Source of the DNA: Tubiluchus corallicola
Lineage: Eukaryota > Animalia > Priapulida
Length of the DNA: 64,000 nt
NCBI GenBank assembly: GCA_030141605.1
Contig: JAQGDQ010002367.1
Coordinates: 989,065-1,053,064, forward strand
Direction of reading: 5' to 3'
The notes beneath the pieces were generated by a model. It did no database searches. It was not told the DNA's origin and worked only from the letters and a program-made list of their open reading frames with translations. Positions 1-10,479 of this stretch are shown piece by piece. Position numbers and translations under genes: made by a program. How positions within the stretch are numbered: position 1 is the first letter of the stretch; every line of letters begins with the position of its first letter.

Positions 1-1276
1 TTATAACTGAGACTTTAATGGATCTCCTCTGTAAGGAAATGACTATTGATGAAATATTGTAAGTTGACCTGAATGCTTAACATATGGCGAACTGATTCAA
101 TTATGATTAAATTTTATCTACTCCGTGCAAAAGCATTTCTCCATTATCTTTCAAAGTACTTTTACCTTACTGTAAGAGAGAAAGTTGACAATAAATGATC
201 AATGATAAGCTTAGGCCTAGGGCGAGGTTTAATTTAGTTATAATCGTTTTATTTAACATAAGATATAACGTGTGCAAAAGATATAAAAAAACTATTATTG
301 GCTAATTATGAAAATTATTAAAGGTTTCATTTCGCTTCTCTCTCTCATTTCATAGGAGCTATGTCAGTTAGCTTTTGATCAAACTGTTTTCTTTTTTTCA
401 CATTTTTAAACACTTTGATTTATGGATTCTGTCAGCTGGACATCTCTATATAGGAGTACGACTTGTTAGCAACGATGCCGTAAAATAATATTCTCTTATC
501 TGAAATTCTGTTAACTTATATCTCAGGTAAATGTTTACTTTATATTTTTCTTTGAATTGGTTATTGAACCAGTGTACACTTATATAAATTACATGATGAA
601 ATTGTTTTTCAATCGAAAATATAATTAATACTAAACTCCTATGCTACATTACCATATCTATTTATTTGCCCTTTTATTTTTGTATTGTTTTTGTTGTTGT
701 ATACATCAGTGGTTTGCATTTTTTGCATAATATTAAATATTTCGCAACATATGATTTTGATTTGCATGTAAATGGTAATGATGATATTCTTGGATTTTTA
801 TAATTATAATATTAGCTTAACACTATTGCATTTATATTTTGTTACGATTTTGTATGAATTTTTGTTTTACGCACTTTTAATACGTTCATAAGATGCATGT
901 TTTCTTGTTATTGAGTATACCGAGTTATTACTAGAACTCCTCAAATTCGAGTTACATGCAAATTATGCTATTTTTAGCATGCTAGTACAATTTATTTCTT
1001 TTTTTGCTCATTTAGAATGTGAAATTTCGTTTTTGGCGTTTTTCTTTTATGTTATATAGATATAAACAAGTGCACAATTCAATATTTCATTATTTTTGAT
1101 TAGTTATCGTCTGCACTACATGCAAAATATTTATAACAGAACTGAGTTGGGGTGGCTGATACGATAACGCACGTTCTTCGCCACCCCTTCCCATTTGATT
1201 GGCTATTATAATTATGCCACTAAGCTTTAATCGATGTTGTATGTGGGAAAAACAATAAATGATTTGATTTGATTTG
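1..1276 (+). mobile_element. Probable decayed non-LTR retrotransposon 3' end: T-rich tail, short GC-rich stem-loop at about 1148-1187, AATAAA and (GATTT)n terminus
   Basis: Ends in ...aaaacAATAAAT-gatttgatttgatttg (1256-1276), a typical LINE microsatellite tail. No intact ORF. The 5' boundary is not determinable. Confidence 0.35.
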
Positions 1277-1805
1277 GATCAATGGTTTTAGTGTTGGGAA
1301 TGGCTTCATTCAGCCGCCTTCAGAATTGGCCAGATATATAACAATATGTCTCCTAACCCTCCTCACAATACATCAAAGGCACTGGGCACCCTATAGTTAA
1401 AAGCAAAATTACAACAGATATCAACACAGCCTAGCCGTGTCATGATAACCCACATACTAGCATGTGAACACACATTGGCAATTGCCAACCATCCCCTAAT
1501 TATGATTAAATGATAAAATGTTACTAACTGCCAGCATAACTGGTCATAGAAAATGAAATACTACCAGTGGTCAGTTGCATTCAAGCTACACAGTTGCCTA
1601 TTTAGACAGTTTACACTCTTATGCCAGGAAACGTTGTGACACTCATCATTACAATTTGCCGAAAATCAGGACCATCATTGTATCCACAACCTGAAACTAC
1701 AGCACTAGCAGTGAAGTTTTACGTCTTCCTTATATGCAAGGAAGTATTGAACAATTAGTCAAGATGCCTACATCAGCTCTGACTAATACTCTGTGGTTCT
1801 TGTGC

Positions 1806-2108
1806 CAGGGCCGAATTATCCTATATGCTGGTATATCGGACTCCAAGCTTTGGTAGAATTTGGTAAAAAATCTGTTTATTCACTACAGCTGTGCTGAAAT
1901 TGTGTGCTAATTTGGTTTTCAAGAAATAGTAAAATGTCGTGTTTCTCAGAGATTAGTTTTATTGACAAACTGATGTTTACTTCATTGCAATAAATTTACT
2001 TCAAACTATGAAAAATGTTGCAAGTTAAATGGTCTCCCCACCCAAAGAGGCTTCATAGTTTCATTAGCTTAAGCCCCAAGGGCCCCAATAGTTCATAATC
2101 CGGCCCTG
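1806..2108. mobile_element. MITE with CAGGGCC-type (hAT-like) terminal inverted repeats
   Basis: CAGGGCCGAATTAT at 1806 and ATAATCCGGCCCTG ending at 2108 (1 mismatch). No clear TSD. Confidence 0.6.
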
Positions 2109-2888
2109 GTTATCATTCAATATAAAGTTGATTGTTGTGCGAGTTGCCTTTTGTCGTGCTGATACTCATTTCTAATATTATAGCAAAAGGGATATCAAAT
2201 CTTGCTGAAACATACAGAACCAGAACCACTGCATGTGAGCTGCTTGCTTACATGTACACACATGGAGGACATCAAATTTTGATGCTCTTGATAGTTAAAG
2301 ACATTAAAAGAGAAAAATGTTATAGTTCATAACATTGCAAATGCATCAATGGTTAAACTACGACTTCATCTCATACAACAGTTGCATTTTTCTGATTCTT
2401 TTAATGTGAATGTTTCATTAGTTGTTCTGTCTCAAGATCGCATAAAAACATTAAAGTCGCAAAATGTATGCTCATGTATCATTTTAATATACAGCTAACA
2501 ATTTACAAGTGCCCACAAATATATCAGTCACACTAATGACAGATAATGCTATTAAGAAATAACATTCATATAACAAATTTCATAGAACAGAATTAATCAT
2601 TTAGATTTTAGAATGTTACAATAATGAGCCCAATATAACTTTTACAGTGAGGCTGTATAATTGCACATGAATGTGATTATGCTATTAAGACAAGCACATT
2701 AATTCGCTGTTGTGAACCAAAATTTACAGTCCATATCCAGCAAATTATTATTATGACTTTCGAAAAATCTGGTACCAATATGTACAAGATGTTTTTGTAC
2801 CCTTTTACCACTAATTAATCATTATTTACAAAAAGAAATGAATACTTCTCAAAATCAAATTTAGACAAAATATAAATTATTTCATTTA

Positions 2889-3572
2889 CTACATAAGATC
2901 CGGGAACAAGTCTGAAAAAGACTCTTGCCAAGCTTCTTCATCAGTAGCTGGGGATGCTGCACTTACAGGTGAGCCAAGATCACTTTCACCTGTGCTATAC
3001 CCAGATTCCGAAGACGTGTTGGGCGACTTGCCATGTATTCCAGGCGTGTTTAAAGGTGAACACGAAGACAACATATTATCCCATATGCTGGGATTGTAGT
3101 GCGTATTAACCTTTAATGGAGTGTTAATATCGGTTGATAGTTCACTACGAATTCCTTCAATACCGGTACAGGATACATTAGAAAATCCACCAGATTGCAG
3201 AAAAGAATCAAACTCACTAAGATCAAGATCCATTAATTCTGAAAAATCATCAGTTGATGGCAAAGTATTGCCAAGTTCTGTGTATTCTGTAAGAGAATTT
3301 CCTCTATAAAGTACATCGACTTCTGAAGAAGTGTCTTTGTTAGCACTATAATTATCATTAGTGCAACTGATATCCTGATCGACAATGGAAACACTTTCCG
3401 CTTCTGTTTTTACTTCTTCTTCATGATCAATTGAAGTGAGCTCATCGGCATTTTCAGCCTTGTAGTAAATGTGGTCGAATCTTATGAATTCATTGATGGC
3501 GTCCACATTCTTTGGTGTGCTCCCCACCATTTTATGATTGGATTTAAAACGCTTGTCTTCAACTTTGGCATT
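2889..3572 (-). CDS. XBP1: XBP1 exon 4 (XBP1s transactivation domain; XBP1u C-terminus in the alternative frame)
   Basis: TTTCAG acceptor in frame with ORF 3530-2889. Acidic domain, INEFIRFDH and LFPDL motifs. Confidence 0.92.
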   Translation of the reverse strand, partial: NAKVEDKRFKSNHKMVGSTPKNVDAINEFIRFDHIYYKAENADELTSIDHEEEVKTEAESVSIVDQDISCTNDNYSANKDTSSEVDVLYRGNSLTEYTELGNTLPSTDDFSELMDLDLSEFDSFLQSGGFSNVSCTGIEGIRSELSTDINTPLKVNTHYNPSIWDNMLSSCSPLNTPGIHGKSPNTSSESGYSTGESDLGSPVSAASPATDEEAWQESFSDLFPDLM

Positions 3573-6500
3573 CTGAAATAAAAATGATTTATAAATATCT
3601 TGCTAAATTGAAACACTCAACGTAACAGTAAAAGTAGAATCTTAAAATCCAGATACAAAAACTTTGCCGTCACGCACACTTCTACATGTGTATTTGTGCA
3701 CAAGAAATTTATTAAAAATAGCTAAGACAACAGCTGACATTCAACAAGTCCTTCAGTTTTCTTAAAAATTTAAACAGCCTGACTCCTGACAAATTTAAAC
3801 TGATCATACAGTATGTCAAAAATGAACGCAATACGGATTTTACAAATATATCTTTTACAGTTTTAAGAGATAAAATCGCCAACAAACCTGCTCTGACTGT
3901 TCAACTTCATCATCCGTTTCAGACGAAAGTCCGTCAACGATGAAGGATAAGAGATCTCGCTCAGTACAATCAGGAACAGAAACGTTACTGAAAATGCCAT
4001 CCAATGAGAGACTGCACGAGCCTGCTCCTGCTGCAGAGGAAGCATTTTGAATACTGCGGATTCAACTGACTCGTCCTTTCTCTCACTGGGGACATCATCT
4101 ACACCCAAACGCTTCTTCAGTATTGCGTTTTCACCACGCAGCAACTTAACTTCGTCTGTAAGTGCTTTGTTGTCAGACTGTAATGATCGATTCTGTAAAA
4201 ATAAATTAAAGAGAGTTTATAGATAAAAGAAAAAACCTAAAAATTGCAAAAAATACAGTAAACTATATATAACTCCAACTGGTATAACAGAATTCTTGCG
4301 CATCTCGAACAGATACTCGTGGAACAAATTTTTTTCCTTTAACAAGCAACTCGAAATCTCTAACTGAAACCGAAATCCCGGTCCAATTCTTAAGAATCTG
4401 ATTGAAATTGCCTCGCTTATCTCGAACAGCCTCCCAAGCAAGAAGTCCTACGCAAAAGTGTGCACCACATTATGCTAGTTTCAGCAAAAATGCTAAAATT
4501 TCTTGTATTACCTTAGCAGAGCATTGCAAACACCACGGCTCAACGAACGTGGTTTAATGTAGATCACAATATTGTTATTGCAAAATTGTTAAAACCATGC
4601 TACTCAGACTACAATAAAGGTGGGTCAGTCATTTTATTTTTGGTTTGTGTTAGGTATTTGATTAAAGGCTTAGTTTGTCACTTTCGCAGGCTGTAGTGTT
4701 ACTAGTGTATTGTCCGACACTGATGAATGACTCAGTCTTGTTTTCTTACGAACATCGTCTTACTCGTACTTTCGCATAACTCAAACAAATTTTCCGGTCC
4801 CGAGGTGTTTAAGTTAAACGTAGCTTACTGTAGTGATCAGTTTAGCTCTTTTAAATTCAACTTTTGTGATGTTTTGACCAATTTACTCCGAGTCAATTGT
4901 CAGATGTGATAATGTCATAACGAAAAAATCAGCTAATTAGTACAAAATTTGAAACACAGATAAATGAATTATCCACCTGTTTTTCCAGTTGCACAATGGC
5001 AGTCTCCAGCATTTCCATCCTGGCCTTTTTACGGTCTCTAGCTGTCTGAGCAGCTTCCCTATTCTTCATTTTCCTAAAATTAAAATTGCAAAATTAAGAC
5101 ATATGCATTGATACTTGGGCATGCACCAATAATGATATGATGCTGATTGGCTGGTTAGTCATTACCCGTATAACAGTGTATTACCACCAAGATATGTAAG
5201 CTTAGACAACAAAACTAGAAAAAACTTTTAAACTCATCCAATACAGACTTGTCCCATTTGAAAATAGTTTAAGCTTGCTTTTGTAAGATAGCCCAGGTTA
5301 GCTGTTGGCTAAGTTTAGCTGTGACTAAATGACCACTTGGTTGACTCACTATCTTTTCTCCGGTTACTCCAAAAAAATCAAAATCAAATCAAAGAAATTA
5401 CAATATTTTGATTACGTGTTTTATTAAGTTAACATCACTTGCTGCATAATTTCAGTTCATTCAAAATTTTAAAAACTTCACTAATTTAAAAAGCATCAAA
5501 ATTCCAATATAGAGTAATTTGCTGACAAAAATTTTAAATATTTCAGGGCCATCTCAGTGTACTGACAACATGTACAGCCTGCTTTCTAGTTTCCATTAAG
5601 TGTAAATTGTACAACTGCGTAGATTAAATTTAAATCATTAATAAGAAATACATAGTAAAATTCAAATGCAACCAGGAACACTCTAAAATCCGACCGGAAA
5701 TAGTAAAAACATCTAAGTGCAAATGCAAGTAATGAGACTCAACCGACAGGATTAAATTCCCAGTCTTTCATAGACCAACTAGTACACGGGTTAGACAAGG
5801 AACTAAAAGCAAAACATACTACATTGCACAATGCAGACACTGTGAGGTCATAGCTGTGACAGGTCTTATAGCCAAAATAAACGTAGATACAAAAACTCAA
5901 GATACAAATGAGTATATTTTATATTTTACTTTATAATTATATTTTAAAAATATCTGCTTGGAATGTAAAGAGTCTAGATTCGAAAAATTAGGGAGCATGA
6001 ATTTTGCTTATTTGAGGATTTAGTGGTTTCAGCGGTTTCACATCAGCCTTTGTTCCAGTCTGGAAGGCACTTATTTCAAAGTGCAAGCCTAATTTAGACT
6101 TGTAATGCTGTCTTCTTTTTTATATCTCAAAATCAGTTCCCAACAACTTTCTTACTTTTAGAGCTTGGTTAATTCTGACATTTACTTCCTTCAATTTATC
6201 TGTATTATCAACATATAAATCATCAATTGCAGCATTACTTGCACCCATTCTTTCATTCAGTTTTTCACATGTTAAAAAATGTTCTGCAGTGTCTTCGCTG
6301 TTTCCACATAACAAGTATTTGACATCCCCTTTAAACTTATTTATATAATTTGCTTTAACGCTGACCAACTCTGAATTTTCTGCACATTCTACAACATATT
6401 TAATTGGTTTGCCCAACTGTTCTACTCTATTACTTAAAAATTACAGCTTTGTTTTGCTTCTAATTTTTAACACACTTTCGATATCTAAATACTGGTTTAT

Positions 6501-7513
6501 TGCACATTTAACCAGTGCAATACTTTTTAGCATGAAATGAGCATCTCTGTCTTCATCAGAACTCACTAATGCTCTTAACCACATTAATTTTCTGTAATGA
6601 ATCCTTTGTTCAAGCGCCAAATTCCAAGTATTAACAATAAGCCCCAATAATTAATACTAATTCTTTGATTTACACATAGTAAATCTTTTGGCCACTTTCT
6701 ACTTGCTTCCACTGAGTTTTGTTTAATTCAGCCCATATTTCTTTGTTAAACAGACTGACGCATATAGCAGTACTTGTATTTTAATGTATTCTGACCCAAC
6801 CTCACTTGAACTACTCCAGTTCATTAATTCTCTTTTCAGGTACTCAATTTTTTCACTCCTTTTTTCAGTACTCATTCCATGTCCACCATTTTCAGTTATA
6901 TAATCACCCAGATATTTATAGTGACTCACCCTTTTCACGTCACCATTTGTTACTGAAAAGTTTACAACCTCACTCTAAATTTCGTTTTTTAGACAGTCTC
7001 ACAGTCTGTATCATTGTGATTTCTCTGTACTAAATGCTATCTTTTTCATCTTATCCATCAATCTACAATTATTGACAAACTGATTTACCACTCCCTCACT
7101 TCCAAATCCTAGAATCCACGGTTTGTAAATTTAATTAACAAAGATAACAAAAATTTTAGGCTGCATAAGTTTATTCAGGAATTAATTATAAAACCAGGCT
7201 AGAATTGCGAAATTGTGATAATTTGCTCTATAATCAATTTCAGTTTTCACGACAAATATATCTTCGTTATTTAAATTTGTGAAATTAAAAAATACCTTCG
7301 TAGCAATTTCTCGTTTGGTGACAAACCACTCAAACGCTGCCGCTTACGAGGAACTGATGCAACTGACTCCGGTATTAAAGAAGCTAACATATTGCCGTCT
7401 TTCTTATGATCTTCAGCTTCGTCGTCTGATTCTAGATCCCAACAATGTTTCCTCAATACTGTAACTCGGCTACTGTGTTTGGATGAAGTTGTAAGCACAG
7501 AAACCTGCGCCAT
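2889..7513 (-). CDS. XBP1: X-box binding protein 1 (bZIP UPR transcription factor). Exons 7513-7296, 5073-4977, 4192-3888, 3572-2889. Spliced form about 426 aa; unspliced form about 236 aa (stop at 3484-3482)
   Basis: Basic region PRKRQRLSGLSPNEKLLRR|KMKNREAAQTARDRKKARM followed by a leucine zipper. XBP1s motifs AINEFIRFDHIYYK and C-terminal FSDLFPDL. GT-AG junctions are phase-consistent. An IRE1 intron is present. Confidence 0.95.
3888..4192 (-). CDS. XBP1: XBP1 exon 3 (leucine zipper, IRE1 intron, HR2-like hydrophobic segment in the unspliced frame)
   Basis: TTTACAG acceptor and CAG|GTTTG donor. 305 nt, or 282 nt after removing the 23-nt intron, which puts exon 4 in the XBP1s frame. Confidence 0.9.
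4034..4056 (-). other. IRE1-cleaved unconventional 23-nt intron of XBP1 mRNA
   Basis: CCG|CAGTATTCAAAATGCTTCCTCTG|CAGC. Both sites lie in 7-nt CNG'CAGN loops on stems (TTGAAT/ATTCAA; GCTTCCT/AGGAGC with a bulge). Confidence 0.93.
4256..4830. mobile_element. Pogo/Tigger-like (Tc1/mariner superfamily) MITE in XBP1 intron 2
   Basis: TA-CAGTAAA...TTACTG-TA ends. Internal ctcgaa/aactc and ccggtcc subrepeats. Confidence 0.5.
4977..5073 (-). CDS. XBP1: XBP1 exon 2 (bZIP basic region; not in the ORF track)
   Basis: TTTTAG|G KMKNREAAQTARDRKKARMEMLETAIVQLEKQ |GTGGAT. Confidence 0.93.
6120..7100 (-). mobile_element. Decayed LINE ORF2 3' fragment in XBP1 intron 1
   Basis: Frameshifted fragments with the RT thumb motif VSHYKYLG and a C-terminal zinc knuckle (LCGNSEDTAEHFLTC). 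Confidence 0.7.
7296..7513 (-). CDS. XBP1: XBP1 coding exon 1
   Basis: ATG at 7513; encodes RKRQRL...EKLLRR; donor AG|GTATT at 7295. Confidence 0.9.
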
Positions 7514-7671
7514 TGTGAAGAATAATCTTCTGTCTATATCCTATAACTCCATTATTGAACGTTAGTTAAGAATCTTCCACCTTCTTTTAGATCACCAAAT
7601 CGAAATAACTCTACATCCTGAAGAAACAAACCTATTCTACATACTAAAATGATTGTTGACAAAATGATGAA

Positions 7672-7775
7672 TGATGCAATACGGAAATTAACTCGTGTTG
7701 CATTTTGATTGGTTAGTCAAATCCGGATAAGTAGATAAGAAACCACTAGTGATTGGTTAAACGAGAGTGACGTCG
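7672..7775 (-). promoter_or_regulatory. XBP1 proximal promoter: AARE/CARE core (7672-7680), ERSE-like CCAAT-N9-ACACG (7712-7694), second CCAAT (7756-7752), CRE/ACGT-core TGACGTCG (7768-7775)
   Basis: Motifs read directly from the sequence, clustered 160-260 nt upstream of the XBP1 ATG. Confidence 0.55.
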
Positions 7776-8123
7776 CATACCGATGCGTGTCGTGACCGAT
7801 TTGCTGTTTCTACACTCGGCTGAGTAAGGCGACTGATTAGTTGCACGGTCTGCACTGATCAGTGTTTGCGCATACCCGTCTTCCAAATGGCAAGCGTTCA
7901 CATAATTTAAGTGCAAGATGCAACAAACTAATTCACTTTTTTGCAGTAAATGTTAATCACTTCACAATAAAATTGTTTGACGCTGGTTCAAATTTGAACT
8001 TATTGAATTTCCTCTCTATGGCGATTCACAGTAGCTATACTAATATCTCAATCAGGCTCCTGTATATCCACATCATAAAGGAGCCAACCAAAAAGAACAC
8101 TGTATCCTGTCAAGATGTTGTTC

Positions 8124-9060
8124 TTACGCCTCTACAATGACCCCTTTAATTTCGCTAAATTTTATCACATGTCTGATCCAAGCATTGACTCTTACTAATG
8201 TGCTTGCATTCACTGGAACATAGATCTTCTTTATTTTCTGCATGATTTCCAAATAATTTTTTACTACCTCACATTTCAACAGATGTTCCGTCATAGCATA
8301 CTCCTTGACACACAATGGACACATCAAATCATCCTTACATTTATTTTTATAATTACACTTTACCTCTATGTTGTGGAGATCGCTGGCATCTATTACAACT
8401 AAATGGAACATTGTAGAATGTTCTGTTAGGATAATCGTCTTACCGTGTAGAATGTTCTGGAAAGAAACTTCTAGAAGCTTCTCAGGCACACTATATAAGG
8501 CGAAGCAGGCCGCTGATAGATTCACACGGACGCCACTTACACATTCTCTTGTATACTTGCATTTTCAGATACACTCAAACGTTTTCCAGATTTTCACGTT
8601 TAGTGTAATCATTTCTTGTTCCTTCATACTTTTGTGTTGTAGAATTCGGGCTTAATAAATTAATTTAATTTGATGAAGTGTTTTCTGATTTTCTCTATGA
8701 GCCTTCCGAGAGAAACAAAACACAACACTCTCATGTTTAATTTCCATTTTGTAATTTCATAATTTATACTGTTTTTTCATCACACTCCATTGCATAATTT
8801 GTTGCATGATCCCAATTTTCAACACTATGTTTCATAAATCTCAGTTTTGTCATATTGTCACATCATGTCAAATAATAGCTGACTTTTTCAATTTTTTCTT
8901 TCTTAATATACCTATTAGATATACATTCGTCACAATACACACCATTTCTTGTGATTTTTCACTACTAAATGTAAACTTCTTGATTTCGACCGTCATTCTG
9001 CAATTTTTTGTCACATATGCTATACCATCATTCTGCTACAGCTGAATATCCCTTCGATAG
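8124..9060 (-). mobile_element. Decayed LINE ORF2 3' fragment, similar type to 6120-7100
   Basis: Zinc knuckle MCPLCVKEYAMTEHLLKC; interrupted reading frames. Confidence 0.6.
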
Positions 9061-9949
9061 TTTGATGCACACCTGTGTTAATTAAGCAAATTTTATTTTG
9101 CTCAATTCCAGAAGTGCTGCTGATGAACCCCTATCATGCTGCAAGAGATTGACATGACAGAGCATTCATTTGCCTGTAAGTGCTTGTCTCATTTAAAATA
9201 TTGAGGAGTTAATGCTGGAAGCAGGAAAATCTTCTCATGGTCGTCATCCAAATAGCTTAATTTATATTGCATTATTATGACAATTAATTGCACATTTGAT
9301 TTAGTTTTGTCAGTTCATCTTGAAAAATTACAGCAAGGAATCTCACCGTGTTTATCGCAATTGCTGTACGATATCAATCGCGCCTACGAGTGCACCTGAT
9401 ATGTTGTCATTTGCACAGTCACTGTAGCTACCATCACTGCACCCAGATATCCACATTACTTTAAAAAAACCCAAACATTTACATAGTTTTTCACTTGCAG
9501 ACTGCAGTTACTGTTGGGGAATTTGTAAAAAAATCCGAAATAAATAATAATTATGGCATTTGCTTGGTCTACGGCTTTTAGACATCAGAAACTCCTTGAG
9601 TTTGCAAAAAAGCAGTTTAAATGCACTCATCTTTAAGAACAGCGAGGATGCAACTAAATGTATAATGCTAAACAACACGGTATCCTGATTGCAAGCATTC
9701 CCCCAACCAAAGATCTAAATGCACTGCATTTAAATCTATGCCCCTAACAAAGACTTTCGATTGAAGTATGTTTGTAATTGAGGGTGGTACCTGCGGTCGT
9801 GCGCATTTAAATCTGTTCCCACAACAGACACTAGTGATTGGCGCTTGCACGTTATCGAGCATAATGCAACGGTATTCTGGTTTCCCATGTTGAAGCCACA
9901 AGTGTTTGTATATCAAATCATCAGGATCCATGCTGGGATCTCCCTAATT

Positions 9950-10275
9950 TGATGGACTTAGTGAACGTTTTTTTGGACGCGATGGACGTAATTTTGAGCG
10001 TCCATTCACTAAACTGATGGACGTCCGTTTACTATTTCTATGGGTTCGTTGGACGTAATTTTGGACTCAATGGACGTATGTTGAAAACCCGTCTGCTAAA
10101 CTGATGGACCAACATAATCTTGGACATAACTTCGAGCATCTACATGTGGGGTAGATTGTATTTGAATGTGGTGGACGTAATGTAGAGCGTCCATTCACAA
10201 AATAGTTTAAAGTAAATTAATGGACCTACGTAATTGTTGACGTGGTGGAATAAACGTTTATCGCGCGGGTGGACA
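9950..10275. repeat. Cluster of direct and inverted (T)GGACGT/ACGTCC motifs, probably a non-autonomous DNA-element remnant
   Basis: About ten ggacg(t)/cgtcc cores; aaactgatggac and gagcgtccattcac each occur twice. Confidence 0.55.
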
Positions 10276-10479
10276 TTAGTTTAAACGTTGTTACCACAAC
10301 GGTCGTATAACAAGACAGTTATCTTCACATAAATAATAGGCAATTCATTTTGCTCTTCGTGGATGGATATTTACAAAAAACGTGCTCTATCCCCAATAAT
10401 ACTTCAAAGATATTTATATAGGTGACCTTTAGTGCATAAATATCTGTCTATTGCATTGGATCATATTGACTGCTCTTTC

